DNA of 58,737 nt from a virus (IMGVR_UViG_3300030107_004408:1-58737); one strand, 5' to 3'; positions 17,523-30,600 are shown, counted from the stretch's first letter. The notes: a model not told the origin generated them from the sequence alone. Made by a program: numbers and translations.

Positions 17523-18106
17523 TTGAGTTGATCCTCTGTCAAAAGGGTGTACGTGAAGCTTTCCCAGCCATTTACTGCGATTTGCTTGTCTGCCAGTTCT
17601 ACCAAAAAATCCATATCTGGAGAATGGAGGACCTGGCAGCCTGCGGACCAGCGCCCAACTCGGTCACTTCGGCCTCCGCGATGGATATTCAAGTAGGCAA
17701 TCTCGTTGCGTAGGGTCGAGGGGTCCAGGTCCAGTTCGGTATCCCGGTCGTTGTCCCGGTAGAAGTTAACCTTCTTCACCTGACGCAGTGCTTGTTTACC
17801 CTTGTGGAGCCCACGCTTGTACGCTCCGCGATACTGCCCAGGGGCCATGATGGCGCAACCCTGCGACGGGCGCATTGGATGTACAAGGTAGTACTCGCCG
17901 GGTGTCGTTGTCATGGCAGCGTTAAAGCACCGCCAAATGCCTGACTGTTTCCAGAAGACGTAAAGATCATCGAGGTACAGATCCGGCTTACGATGGGAAA
18001 CGTTGTTTCGCACACCGATGATGTTCAGGTCGTATTCGGCATCACCATCAAAGACCGCGTAGTCTAGTGCTTTTGCGGCCCGAAGGACTGGGGGTAGGTA
18101 GCTCAC
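17519..18106 (-). CDS. Putative endolysin with a YkuD-like His...Ser-x-Gly-Cys site
   Basis: LNIIGVR; NIHRGG...WSAGCQV; flanked by membrane proteins. Confidence 0.6.
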   Translation of the reverse strand: MSYLPPVLRAAKALDYAVFDGDAEYDLNIIGVRNNVSHRKPDLYLDDLYVFWKQSGIWRCFNAAMTTTPGEYYLVHPMRPSQGCAIMAPGQYRGAYKRGLHKGKQALRQVKKVNFYRDNDRDTELDLDPSTLRNEIAYLNIHRGGRSDRVGRWSAGCQVLHSPDMDFLVELADKQIAVNGWESFTYTLLTEDQLK

Positions 18107-18351
18107 GCGCTCACCAAGAGCTGAAGTCCGTAAGAGATAAGAGCGACCATGCCCATCGCTGCCGCCACTTTCATGTCTAGCTTCTGGAGCTTCTTTTCCA
18201 TGTGGTCCAATCTGTGCGACTGGAGTTCCATGGATTTTTCTCTCGCTGCTGAGCGCTCATCGAGACGTGCCATGCAGATCTTAATCTCACTAACGTCCCT
18301 GCGGATTCCATTAGTGACTGCCCAAACTTGTTCGATCTGTGTATCTGCCAT
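18103..18351 (-). CDS. Coiled-coil protein with C-terminal TM helix (XhlA/holin-like)
   Basis: Heptads then VAAAMGMVALISYGLQLLV. Confidence 0.55.
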   Translation of the reverse strand: MADTQIEQVWAVTNGIRRDVSEIKICMARLDERSAAREKSMELQSHRLDHMEKKLQKLDMKVAAAMGMVALISYGLQLLVSA

Positions 18352-19193
18352 TATCTCTGTTGTCCGTAAACGCCACCACGTGGGTGCTTTCCGCCGCCAG
18401 GGACGTAAGGCGGATCCATTTTAGAAAAGCTATGAGTCACTCGGTACCAGACTTTCCAAACGGCAGAAGAGTCAGAGCTTGCTCCTGAAGCCTCCCAGCC
18501 AGCAGCAATAACCAGATAAACATTGTTGGAGTTGTTCCAGCTAATGTTTTGCCCATTCATAAGCATGTTGCTTAAAGCGTCACTATCTGAGTTTAAGACG
18601 ATGCCAGTTACACCGATGGGCTCCAGGGCGTCACTGCTGCGGTCATCTGCAATTTGAAGCATACAGTTGATGTAGCACTTGGGTGTGCTGCCGATATTAG
18701 CCGCAGGACCTGTGGCTAAGTTCAAGTCTTGGTCGCCTCCGACTCGGAGCTGTATATCACCATTCGTGTCGTTGACCATTTTGCCGCCAGCCCAGACCTG
18801 ATTAGTTTGATCTGTTGGATCATCCGAGAGGCAGGCAACCAAAAAGTTCTCGTCGTTTGCCGTAGTGGACATTCGCTGGACGAGGAACTCGACGCCGAAC
18901 TCGTCTTCCCACTTCATCAGGCTACCGGCAGATGTAGTCAGCGGCTTATACCAGCGAACGCAATCTTGAGCGGAAACAGTCCAATCATCACTGTCTCGGT
19001 CTGACTCAAGCGAAATAGTCATACCCCCAGCCGCAGTAGACTTGGACACAAGCGTGCTGTTCGGATCATTCTCCGTCCAAGTCCCATCGTTAATGTCGAT
19101 AGAGATCCATTCGCTTTTTCCGATAAGCTCCCGACGCTGCTTGAGCGTTGTCTGGAGATTGATCGGACCCGGTACTCGCGTGTTTCTACTCAT
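18351..19193 (-). CDS. Probable virion or receptor-binding beta-rich protein
   Basis: Lies downstream of the fibre gene; beta-rich composition. Confidence 0.5.
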   Translation of the reverse strand: MSRNTRVPGPINLQTTLKQRRELIGKSEWISIDINDGTWTENDPNSTLVSKSTAAGGMTISLESDRDSDDWTVSAQDCVRWYKPLTTSAGSLMKWEDEFGVEFLVQRMSTTANDENFLVACLSDDPTDQTNQVWAGGKMVNDTNGDIQLRVGGDQDLNLATGPAANIGSTPKCYINCMLQIADDRSSDALEPIGVTGIVLNSDSDALSNMLMNGQNISWNNSNNVYLVIAAGWEASGASSDSSAVWKVWYRVTHSFSKMDPPYVPGGGKHPRGGVYGQQR

Positions 19194-19555
19194 GATGCTG
19201 CATCAATAAGGTTAACGTAGCCCGTGATATTCACTTGGTTGTTAGTGGTCGTATACGCCTTGACGATCAAAGCAGAGCTGTTGCCCTTGAGGAGCCAACC
19301 CGGTGCAATCAGAACAGTCTCATTCGGATTGATGGTGGTGATAAAGTGATCACCCGCCTCAGTTGTCCCTCCCCACTGGAGAGTCAGGGTTTCTGTGACC
19401 ACTGAGTGCGAACTCGCCCAGAGCCAAATCTCGTGGTAGTCGGCAGCGACACTTGTGCCGGTATGGATCGTAGTTATCGTACCCGAGTTATCAGCGACTG
19501 AGATCCCACGTCCATCAGTAGACTCAGAAAGACAGAGTTTTGAAATAGTAGCCAT
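19190..19555 (-). CDS. Fibre-associated small beta-sandwich protein
   Basis: Follows the fibre gene; EIWLWA...ITGYVN. Confidence 0.5.
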   Translation of the reverse strand: MATISKLCLSESTDGRGISVADNSGTITTIHTGTSVAADYHEIWLWASSHSVVTETLTLQWGGTTEAGDHFITTINPNETVLIAPGWLLKGNSSALIVKAYTTTNNQVNITGYVNLIDAAS

Positions 19556-19564
19556 CGTTAAATC

Positions 19565-20809
19565 CTACGAGAAAACTTGCATGTGAAGAATAGTGTTGGC
19601 GTCATCAGCGGCAGCGCCCGAGGAAGCTGCTGCCCAGGCAATGTCGGTCCCGTCTGATTTGAGGACGTAGGTGTTAGACCCGATCCCCAGAGCCGCTGGA
19701 TCTCCGCTGGCGTTTCCAACGATGATGCTCCCCCGAGTGAGGCCCGCCATCTTTGCGAGGGTCACCTGATTGTCAGCGATGTGAGCGGTATCAATCGACC
19801 CATCTACATAGTGCTCGGAGTTGATCGAGTCATCTGCGATGTTATCTCCGTCTACCGCATCGCCAGCAAGCATAGCGTGCTCGACCGCACCGGTCTGGAT
19901 GGTCATGGCACCAGCGGACAGGCCGATATCGCCGCTTACGGTTGTCCATGTTGGATCTCCGTTTGCGTCAGCGACAAGTAGCTTACCGTTTGCGCCCGCA
20001 GCCAGGGCTGAAGGATTGCCAGAAGAATCTCCGACGATAAACTTACCCCGAGCCAACCCAGCCATCTTAGCCAGAGTAATTTGGTCATCAGCAATATGAG
20101 CCGTGTCGATGGAGCCGTCTACATAGTGTTCGGAGTTGATTGAGTCGTCGGCAATCTTGTCGCCGTTGATCGCATCCCCGGCAATATAGGCCTGAGCGAT
20201 TGCGGTCCCTTGCCAGACGCCCGTACCGATCGTGCCCACAGCAGTGATCTGCGTCTGGCTGGCGTCTACTCCGATTACAGAACTAGAAGCTGTGAGTCCT
20301 GTACCCGCGAAGAGAGTAGCAAGTGAGGCAACAGTAGTAAGCTGTTCAGTAGATCCGTCTGAATCTATAGTAGCAAGCTTGTCCCCATTAGCAGGAGTAA
20401 CATCGCTAAGCTCAGACAGGTCAAGTGTGAGAGTTAGCGCTCCAGTGGTCCCTCCACCGGAGAGCCCGACGCCAGCCGTCACTCCAGTGATATCTCCGAC
20501 GAAAGCCATAGCGGTGCCAGAAGTAATCTGGATGTCGTTACCGGCATCAGTCGTAAAGTAAAGCTCGTTAGGCGTAGCCGTCTTTACCCAGAGTTGGCCA
20601 TAAGCTGCGGTATCTCCATCAGCAGCGGCCTGCTCCTTCATGGTAACAGCGCCTTCGACAGTCAGTCGAGTCTTAGGCGCTGCAGTTCCAATGCCGATGC
20701 GGTTGTTGCTGGCATCTGCTGTCAGCGTAGTGCCGTCAACCTCAATATCAGAGAGAGAGCCGACCTGACCTTTGGTCCCGCCTGGGAATTTCGGACTACG
20801 TACGCCCAT
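19565..20809 (-). CDS. Tail fibre-like protein with an internal repeat
   Basis: NNRIGIGT, GDITGVTAG, two copies of IADDSINSEHYVDGSIDTAHIAD. Confidence 0.75.
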   Translation of the reverse strand: MGVRSPKFPGGTKGQVGSLSDIEVDGTTLTADASNNRIGIGTAAPKTRLTVEGAVTMKEQAAADGDTAAYGQLWVKTATPNELYFTTDAGNDIQITSGTAMAFVGDITGVTAGVGLSGGGTTGALTLTLDLSELSDVTPANGDKLATIDSDGSTEQLTTVASLATLFAGTGLTASSSVIGVDASQTQITAVGTIGTGVWQGTAIAQAYIAGDAINGDKIADDSINSEHYVDGSIDTAHIADDQITLAKMAGLARGKFIVGDSSGNPSALAAGANGKLLVADANGDPTWTTVSGDIGLSAGAMTIQTGAVEHAMLAGDAVDGDNIADDSINSEHYVDGSIDTAHIADNQVTLAKMAGLTRGSIIVGNASGDPAALGIGSNTYVLKSDGTDIAWAAASSGAAADDANTILHMQVFS

Positions 20810-21195
20810 CAGCCACCTCTAATTTTTTGGAACCAGAATTCGTAATTGGCATCGTCATCATCGGAAGAGCCATCGAAGACCGGATTCAGATAAATCCTAC
20901 CGTTTGCGTCACACTTGAACGGAATGGGCACTGAGTACACATCGCGGATAGTTGTCAAAGCGGAGCTGCTGTAGTCGATGATCTCGTTGATATCGTTAAG
21001 CGTCCAACCAGAAGACTTGCCCAATCTTGGTTGCCAGTTGGCAGAAGAGCCTCCAGTGCGAATCAGATGCATGGAGACAAGCAACCAAGCTTCCGCCTTG
21101 TCAGAGGGGAGCTGGACGGTGACTTCTTGTGCACTGGAATCTAAGTTGGTGATAGTGCCGCTAACTAAGTAGTAAATCGGTTCGCTTCTAGCCAT
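20809..21195 (-). CDS. Hypothetical structural protein
   Basis: ORF coupled within the fibre cluster. Confidence 0.55.
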   Translation of the reverse strand: MARSEPIYYLVSGTITNLDSSAQEVTVQLPSDKAEAWLLVSMHLIRTGGSSANWQPRLGKSSGWTLNDINEIIDYSSSALTTIRDVYSVPIPFKCDANGRIYLNPVFDGSSDDDDANYEFWFQKIRGG

Positions 21196-21197
21196 TG

Positions 21198-21602
21198 CTA
21201 TTCTCCGTATACGGGCGCAATGAGAGCGCGAAGCTCTCCGTCATCATCAATAACCGTTCCAATGATGCGCGGCTTCTTTGCAGTAGTACGTGTTGTAAAT
21301 TTTCCGTTTTTGCCCAAGAAGACTGGGCTTCCAATCTTGGTGGAGGGGGGCAATTCTTGGTCGCTTACTCGGAAAGACATACAGCGCACTACGTCTCCAG
21401 CAGCAGATGCATGGTCTGCAATAAACAGCATGCTGTGCTTAGCCTTAGTTGAGTCCGCTAGGGCTACCTGCAAGTAGGCGCCCTTGCGTCCCACCACAGA
21501 AACGATGTCCCCTCTTTTGAGGTCTTCAAGTGGGTATGCGCGGACAGCTCCGTGGTAACCGGTGTCCATCTGCAGCGGCAGTTGTTTAAGCTTCATTCCC
21601 AT
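21198..21602 (-). CDS. Cement/decoration-like protein, paralogue of the 4496-5332 N-domain
   Basis: Shared TGYHG, ADHA, GxPVxL, IxGTV and LxAP motifs. Confidence 0.6.
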   Translation of the reverse strand: MGMKLKQLPLQMDTGYHGAVRAYPLEDLKRGDIVSVVGRKGAYLQVALADSTKAKHSMLFIADHASAAGDVVRCMSFRVSDQELPPSTKIGSPVFLGKNGKFTTRTTAKKPRIIGTVIDDDGELRALIAPVYGE

Positions 21603-21620
21603 AGTGTTTTTCCTTGTGCA

Positions 21621-21650
21621 AAGATACTGATTTTAAGGGTGATTTGTCAA
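21621..21650 (-). promoter_or_regulatory. Sigma70-like promoter for the fibre/lysis cluster
   Basis: TTGACA-18 nt-TATCTT, then AAGGA and ATG. Confidence 0.6.
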
Positions 21651-21655
21651 GACTA

Positions 21656-24600
21656 TTAAAGCTCATCGTCGTCATAGATACGCGGTATTGGTAGGTCTTT
21701 GGAAGCTTCTATTTCTTGCTCTGGGGTTCGCTCTACGATGGTACCTGGGCTTGGCAGATACGCATCTAAGTTCTCTTCTGCAAGTGAGCCTCTTGCTGCT
21801 TCGCCAGATAGTTCGCCAAGTTCGGTCACTGCTTTTCTACCACGGTACTGTATGACTTGGCCGCGATCATCTAGATCCCACACATCTCCCATTTCAAAGG
21901 CTTTAGAAGCCTCGTAAGGGTACCACTTAAACCCTGAGTAGTTCTGAAGTGCTCTCCAACCTGCAGACATGAGGCTTTTCTGCGAAGCGTCACCAGGCGT
22001 TCGTGGAGGTCCGATTTGATTCCAGGCCACTCCGAGGTCACCTTCTGCCTTTTGGTAGGCTTCCGCTAGGTCGTTGTATCTTGGTGCATAGGGGTTCTGA
22101 TAGTAGATATTGTTTAAGAACCCAGAAACTTCTACGGATACCCAAGGCACCATGGTTTGCATAAAGAGCCAAGTCCCTCTGTGCATTTGGAAGCGACCTT
22201 CGTACTCACCTGCACCCGCATCGATCATAAACTGGGGCGACTTACCACGTTGGGTAAGCTGAGTGCCGAATGCTGAATCCCACTTCTGCATTATATTATG
22301 CTCAGCTTCATTTACGTTTATGTATTCGCCTTTCTCATACCCACCGGTATCGACTCCAGCATCCAGCAAAAAGCTTTCTAGGAATTCCTTGTAACGGGGG
22401 AAGAGCATGTTGAGTGCTGGCTCAAAAATGAAAGATTCCCAGTCACCGGGTGTAACTGTACCCCAAGGTGTTCGTCCCATGGTGCCCCCAGGGGACATGG
22501 GGCGATCCGGCTGAACACCATCGTAACGGTGTGCTAGCGCTGCACCCGTGCCCAACATCCAGCTTGCACCTATTTCGCCGATGTCCGTAATTGTAAGAGG
22601 CGGAAGCATCATTGCCTCATACTGGTACGGCTTGCCCCTTGAATGTACCCAGAAATCTGGGTCAGGAGAAGCCTGGTGCCCGATCAGTGCTCTACCTAAC
22701 ATCCAGTCTGGGCGTAGGTGGCGTTCCATCTCATCCAACCACTGCTGTTCGGATTGGATTTCACCCTCAACGTGCGGGTCTATGATGCCATCGTAAATTC
22801 TATCCCTGAAGTTGAGCTGGCTGCGGATTCTGTTGAGGGCAGTCCTACCAGTAAAGCTATCCATGATTGCTTTATTAGGCTTAGTTAATGGCTCGGCAAC
22901 TCTCCTGCCCATTTGCTTGAATGCCAGTCGCCAGAACCGCCAGAATGGCATCACCTTGCACAGTGTCGCAACTTCGGCTTTGGTAATTCCGTGCTTCCAG
23001 TCGTACAGAGATTCCCTGACTGCCCGCACCGCTTCTTTCTGTGTGAAACCTCTTCGCACGCGAAGCTCCATATACAGATTTCCGCGCATACGTGTTTGCA
23101 GGTGCTGGGCAAACCAGCGAATGTCATCGGACCATCTACCGACAGCGTGCCACGGTGCGTTCTTAGTGACATCTGTCAGGTAATTCAGTAGTTCCTCGTT
23201 TACCTGCGTATCAAGTACCGATTCGTGCAGCTCTCTACGCAATTGGCGAAAGTTTATTACCTCACCGTGTGCAGTCCTCATCACACCGTTGTCGCCGCGC
23301 CAGATCTTGTTTGCCCAGGTGTTGAATACAGCAGAGCTTGGAGAAGCCATGATGTGCATGGGAGCTTGTCGTCCCTTGCCTTTTCTGGACCTGAACACAG
23401 CGTCGGTCACTTCATCCATGCTTTTGCCCAGGCGTTCGCTCCACCAGGGTATGCCCGACAGGGTGTTGAATGTGACCCTTGTTCCGATCTCATAGCCATG
23501 GCCGAAGACCATCTGGCTCCAGTCTCCCCAAAGGTTGGTATTCACGTACTGGGGTCTGGGTATGACAGTGCCGGTAATGACACTTTGTTTCCATAGCGTG
23601 TTGAAAGTTGACATTGCGCCGAGTTGCTGCTCGGCGCCCTTTTCTGCTGATTTTTGGTACAGCCGTCCAATCTCTTTGCCCTGCACGTTTAGGCTGTCTT
23701 CAACTGCTTTGAGTACGGACTGGGGCATGAACAGGGCGCGGCCATCTGAGTCCGTCGCCACTTTGTGCATGTAATGGTAACGTTTGGCGTTTTCTGCTGT
23801 CCGGTAGTAAGAAGTGGTCACCGGCATACCCATCTTATTAAGGACGCCATAGCCTGCAATTAAGTCCGCCTCGCTTAGCGTTGCGTATGCACCATCCCAA
23901 ATCTTATTGGCCGCTGCTGCTTCTTTTGTAGTAACTGTTCCCAGTATTCGCTTTGCAGTTAACTCCCACATATGCTGCTTAAGGGCACCTGCCGTAATGG
24001 CCATTACACCACTAGCGGTAGCTCTAGTCACGTCCCGATCTACGTCAGCGTGAGCTGCGGCGGTTGTGCCATCTTCAAGAGTCTTACGGGAACTGACTCG
24101 TGTGGCGTTTCTAAGCCTGTTTTCTGCGTACTCGTAAGCAAGCTTTGAAGTTGGCAATTCGCCTTTCTGCATTAGCTTTGCAGTATCTTCTAGGATCTTA
24201 TATGCGTCAGCAGTAATGCTGGCCGCAATATCAGGAGTCAGGGCTGCACGGGAGCTAGACGGCCACCAGTGGGTTGCCCAGGAGATGAATGTGTTGCCCT
24301 CTGCCATGGGCGAATTCCATGTAGGACCGTAATTTTCATCGAGCCACTTTTCTTTCCAAGTAGGCTCTTTGCCTTTCATCTTCTCCAGTTTAGCGACTTC
24401 ACGTTCTACTTTTTTGCCACCCTCCTCTGCCTGCTTGGCCGTCATATTGCGTAGTGCTTTTTTTCTACCCGCAATTTGCTTGGAAATTTCTTCCTCACGG
24501 AGAATTAGGCGAAGTTCTTCTGTTTGCTTTTCCGTTATGGTGCCAGCGTTTCGTTTGGCTACGAGCTTGCGCCTTCTCTTGATCTCTGCCGCTTCTGCCC

Positions 24601-27600
24601 TTTCCAGTTTTACTTTCAGCGGAAGATTAGACGGATCTGTAAGACTGTTGTGCAGGAACATATCCCACAACGGATCACGCATAGATGTTGGGATGGCCGC
24701 AGACATTCCCGTCTTCAGCATAATCGGTGCTTCAGTCAGGCCATCCCAAGTGACGTAAGATTCCAACAGCTCTCGGGTGCGGTCTGCTATTGCACGCTCT
24801 TTGCGCTCACTTGCTGTAAGTTTTTCTCCAGTGGGCTTTTTGGCGCCTTTTGGAATTACGCCGGCTTCTTTCCTGGCCTTTCTGCCGAGCCAATAGAGGT
24901 CGTTGCCCATGTCGTCGACTAGGTGTTGGATCGTTTTTACGATTTCCACCATGTCTTCGTTGAATTTCCCTCCGATTATCGCGCTCGCAGGATCTTGGAA
25001 ATTCCTTAGAAATTCCTGCATTTTATTGATGCCCTGCGCAATGACACCGCTTTTCCCTGCAACTAGGCGAAGTAGTGCTGGATCCTTCCTCACGTTTTCC
25101 AGCATATCGGCTACCCGTAGGCCGGCAGCTTCGGGGTGTATGTCGAAAAATACCCTACGCAGTTCTTCTGGAAGACCCGTTAACGCTTCAACTTCTCTGG
25201 CCTGTAAGCGTAATTGTTTTGGTTTTCCCTGCTGTTTCCATGCTTTGCGTAAATTCTTATAAGTATCGGAAGCGATGCCGCCTACAGTGGCTCCCTTGTT
25301 TGCCCCAGTTGGGCGTGCAGTCGCTGCCCTGCGTACGGCTTTGCCGTAGATTGAATCTATTTGGGAAAACAAGCTCGGCGCATCTACAGTTCTGCCTAAT
25401 GTTTTCTTATCTTCTTTAGAGGTAAATGTGGCCAGCCAATCGTATGCGCTACCTTGACGTTCTGGCCCTTGGAGGGTGTGGCGAAACTTAGACCACCAAC
25501 TAGCCCTAGGGCGCATGCCATTGGCTACGCCTTCAGGTACTGCCTTTAAGGCTGCGTACCCACGCCTAAGCTCGTCTGCAACGTCCCGATAAACGTTACC
25601 TACCAGCTCAAGCTCACGCTGTTGCCGTGCAGCCGACAGCATGTCAGACACAGCATTTGATACCATCTCAAAATGGCGCTTAAGGTTTTCCTGAGATCCT
25701 TTCCAAAGAGTTCCTAGCTTTCTAGATACAGCTTCATTGGTTTTACGGGCATCTCTTGCGGTTCTCTTAAGGGCCTTTTCAGTATCCTTGTACCACTTTC
25801 CGACGCTTGCTGGGTACTTGATAGTACCCCGGTGCAGGTTCCTCTCTGTTAATGGCAACTCTCGTACAATGTCGTGCCCGATGTCTTGGTTTAGCTTGTG
25901 GCTTGCCGTCATGATTTTCTGCGTGGCAATATCTGCACGCTTGCCCGGTTGGGCGCATTCATCGAAATACGGCTTCAGGGCTTCTTGGGCCTTCTTGAGT
26001 TCTGCTTCTGCAGCTTGCGTCTTTGCCCTGGCTTTTTCTAGGTCTTTCTTCGCAGCCTTGAGGCGTCGTCGTAGGGTGTCCGCTTGCTTCGGCGTGATCA
26101 GCAGGCCTTGTGCAAACTCTTTGAACTCATCCAAGTTTAAAAGACCGGTCGGCATTTCTGCAGTCGGCAAGCTACCTGTTTCTACAGCTCGTCTTGTATT
26201 AGCAACACTCTGCTCTTGAAGCTCTTTCAGCACACCTTCGGCTTTAGCTTGCTGCGCAGACGCACGGTCGTGGACACCGTTGGCGCGTTGGGCTTCTCTG
26301 ACTTCGTTTTTGTATTTGTTGTCAATTCCGTTGAAGACTTCTTCAAGCTCGTCTAACTCTTTTTCAGCCGCAGCTACTGTGTCGTCATAGTGCTTAGCAA
26401 AAGGAGCATTATTTTTTGCTACTCCTTGGAAGTTCTCCAAAGTTTTCTGGGCATGCTGTGCTTCTATTTCGGTAGCTCTAAATTCATTCAAAGCCGCATC
26501 AATTTCCCATGAGCCATGGTTGGGCGTTGCTTCGTATGGGGCTCCGTATCTACCGGTATCTGGATCTCTCCTAATCACAAGCGGTTGGCCCTGCCTTGCG
26601 TCTTCTGCTGCTTTCTTCGCTTCCCCGGCACGCCGGGGCATCATCCCCGTTTCACTCGGAATGGGAAGAGGCTTCCGTTCTGGCGCCCAAGCATTGAACC
26701 TAGCTTTCGGATCGGCCAGTAAAATCTCGTAGTCCCGCACGGCCTGCTGGGTAGATTCCAAAAGCTCGTCAGCAGATCGCCAAGTTCCAAGTTCTTTTTG
26801 CCCGAGGAGGCGCAGTGTTTTAGGGTTATCCAGCGTGCGCGTCACGTATGGTACTGGTTGTATTTGACCCGATTCTATCAGTATGCGGATTCTTGCATTG
26901 CCCAACCCTTGGAGCACTAAGTCTTTGCCTGCTTCGCTTAGGATCGGGAAAGGAGCATACGCGGCAGCTCGTCCCAGAGCTGGGTTCATTCCCAGTAGCT
27001 GCCTAGTTGCGCTTTCGCCCAGAGTCAGGACGGAATGCTCAATCAAGTTGGCGGCCTGGACCCCTGCAGTTTGTGCCTTTTCCAGCTCGTAACCGTAGTC
27101 TAGGTAGGCGCCTACATCATCAGGATGTTTTGCGGCGGCCTTCTCATGTATTCTGGGGTCTGAGAATATCTCATCTGAGCCCTTGTGTTTAAGTGCTGCT
27201 CGGAGTTTTTCAGGGGTAATTGGCTTTGGCTTTTTCTTTCCAGCTTGTTTGGACACTAGTTCTTCTAGTGCGGCTACTCTCCTGCCGTGGCGAGCGGCCA
27301 GTGTAGAAGTTTGGTCTACTAGATCGCGGCCCAGCAGTGCCGCTTCATCTTCTGCAGCAAGCCTGAACGAGGGGGCATCGTCATAAATGCCTTTAGTGCT
27401 AGCTTCTTTCCTAGCTGTTGTTTTTGCCAGTTCAGCTTCTCGATGTCGGATACCCCTAACGAGATCGCCCTCTGTCTGTACCATGCGTGCGCCGATTCGG
27501 TCGCGCACGATGAAGGGCAGTGCTGCGTTTTTACTCCCCAACATCTTTTCAGCATGGGCATGCCGCTCTGCTAGCGGTGCGTCTTCGGCTAGACCAAAAG

Positions 27601-30600
27601 CTTTCGGATTATCGATGATCTGTTGGGCAGCTTCAAGGTGTTTGATGTTCCGGCCCATCTTGTACCGGAAGGCGGTGTGGTACAAGCGCCAACCACCTTT
27701 CGTCACCTTTGCTCCGATAGCTATACCACCGGTAAAGGGGTCTGGACCTGCGATGTCGACTATCCAGCCTCCTGCCTCTCCAATTCTTCCGGCCGTACGT
27801 TTCGCAGAATAAAGATCCGCACCTTCTAGGTCTGTACCTGCGTTTACAGCTTCCTGGAACAGGTGGTTCATATTTTCACTGAACCAAGCGCCCTCGTTCA
27901 CATTTTGGATGAGCATGGTATCGATGGCACCATTGCCCGTGCTTCCGGTGATTATCTTGTATTGAGCTTCAGCGTGGGCTCTTACATCGTTTCCAAATAC
28001 GGTAGACCCGAATGGCAGCATGTCTACTGCTACGCCAAGGGGAGTAAGCTCTGTTTTTAGCTTCTCTACTTCTTCCGCATACCAGTCGGTCTGTATGCCG
28101 TATTCCAAAGTGCGAGATTGGTTTCCGACAATGGTCATCGGAAACAATTTGTTTAGCCACTGGAATGAAGATTCTTTCTGAAAATCAACTACGGGTAAAA
28201 TTTCACCGTGAAAAAGTTCCGGGTCTACTGTGATGAATGTCCAGACCTCTTCGCCGTTTTCATCCAGTTTTGTTGTTTCTAAGCCTGTCGGAATGGCGAG
28301 CCCTGCAGCTTCTACCTGCTTCACTATCTGAGCAAATTCGACAGAATCTATTTGCTGATTAGGCTCAATTGGTTTTTTTAAGACTTTATTGGCATCGCCC
28401 ACATCAACAATTTTTGTGGTCAGCACCGGAACTTGCTTTACCCCCATGTGAACTGCTTGGCTCAAGTCCATTTCAGTGGGGTCTAGTCCTGCTTGCAGCC
28501 ACGCTGACCGATTAGACGGGTAATGTACATAGGCTTGGTTGTGTGACTGCCACGCCGCCATGAGCGGGCGAAGTGCCGGCGTGTACGACATCACGTTTTC
28601 TACAACACTGTCTGGGTCTTCGATGAAGAACGCGATGCCCCGGTTGCGCGACAGTACTCTTGTTACGTCAATCCAAGCTAGCCTTTCGGCTTCTTCTTTA
28701 AACTCCGCTATCTTATCATCAGGGATGGTGTGGGAGTGGGGTCCGAGATCTCGTGTCCCCAGGTATTTTGCAGCTTGTGCATCGTAATACCAGTTTCTTA
28801 GCCTATTTTGTAGGCCATCGTCACCGTCCAGCTTGATGGCGCCGTTGGGTAACCACTGGATAAGAACTTCCCCTGGAGGGGGGTACATACTTTCTTGTAC
28901 CTTTCTCGTTGCGTCAGCTTTGACCTTAGATAAAAGCTTTTCTTCCCTACTCTCCGGTGTCGAGTACAGACTTTCCTGATTGACTACCTTAGTTAGCCCA
29001 AGGTAGGGCTCAAGCATTGCCGCAGCGTGTGCAACTCCTATGCTGTCTTCGGCGGCTACACCTAGGTGGTCTGCCATCGACACTAGCTTTACGCCTTCTT
29101 CCGTGGCTACATACATCTGACGGTCTTTGTAGGCGTCTAGTTGCTTAGCACCAAAGCTGTTGGGTGCATGCGGCAGCTCCTTATACATGAGCGCAGGCGT
29201 AAACTCGTACATCGGCGCATACGAGCCTGGGTCTGATGGGTCGTAGTATTCCGGCAACCCTTCCACCCCAGCATAATTTATGACCCACCAGGGAGCTATT
29301 GACGGTGCTTGCATAGCGGATCTGATGTCGATCTCGCCCTGGGCTCGTATAGCAGCTTGCACACCAGAGTGTCCGATTTCGCCTGTGGCTATTTTTTCCT
29401 CAATCCTGAGCGTCTCGTTTTTAATGGAGTACCAAGCGTCCATTCGCTGCATGGCTGCGGGATCTCTTACTCCCTCCCTGAACCTCCTTTCGGCTTCTTT
29501 GCTCCTGGTATGCGCTCCCATGGCAGCAAACTGGCGTTCTTCTGCCGTAAGCATATAGTCAGTACCATCTGGCCCGATGTAGGCCACCGGAATTGGGAAT
29601 ACGCTTAGGCCGCCATTTTCCGGGTCTACGTATAGGCGCTCGTATTCTCCTAACTCTGGGTTCCAAACCTCCGTAGTTACCGGCCACACAATGTAGGGAG
29701 AGTGGGCAATGGAGCGGTTCCACCTGAACGGAGCCGATTCCATGGGAAACTTATTGGAATATTCCTGCTCCGCTTCGTGCCAAGCTTCCACCCAGGAAGA
29801 CACCGACTTAAGTGTCTTTGCCGTAGGGTGTTCGGGGTTTGAAGTTTGCAGTGCAGCCAGCACATCTCGATCAACACGAAACGGCGTAGTTGCAGTTCTG
29901 TCTACAAAGGTTTCATGCCGCCTAGGCCAGGGGTCTACTCCAGTCAATCTGCGGAATGAAGACGCAAACATGTCTTCTTTTGCGGCATGCAATGCAGTGC
30001 CACCTATGGCTACGCCATCCCACCCAGGTAGCCGTGCTCTGTTGCTGTGCCCAATATTCTCAGCATCGTAGACAGTTGATAGCAACTGGTTTTCGCCGCC
30101 TTCGCCTTCCTTGACATCTCTAGACGATATTTTCAATTGGCGAATTGCTTGTGTGAATCCCAGCATTTCTTGGGGATTCGGGCTTCTGGCCGATTTAAGT
30201 AGCTGCTCTCGGTAGGCATATACATGCCTAGCTTCTGCTTCAAACGCCTCTTTCCAGGCAGGGTCTTCTGGGCCGCTGAAGGTTATCAACCGGGCAGTGC
30301 CATCTCTGTCACGCATAACGTGGCGATTTAGACGCCTGTCGTACCTTACTTTTTCTTCGGTATAAGGTATGTATTGAAATTCTCTGCCAGATATTTCAGC
30401 AATCTTTTTCGGGCTACCTGCCTTTGCAAACGGATCCGTTGCAATACTTACTTCTTTTTCGGTACCTTCTTGGGATAGCCAGAAGTAAGCTGCCCGGTGG
30501 GCTGGCAGACCATTGATGTGGAGCCAACCATGGGTCTTGGCTTCATCTCCCCAGTTCGGATCTACCATCATGGCTCTGGATCTACTTGCTACGAAGGCGT

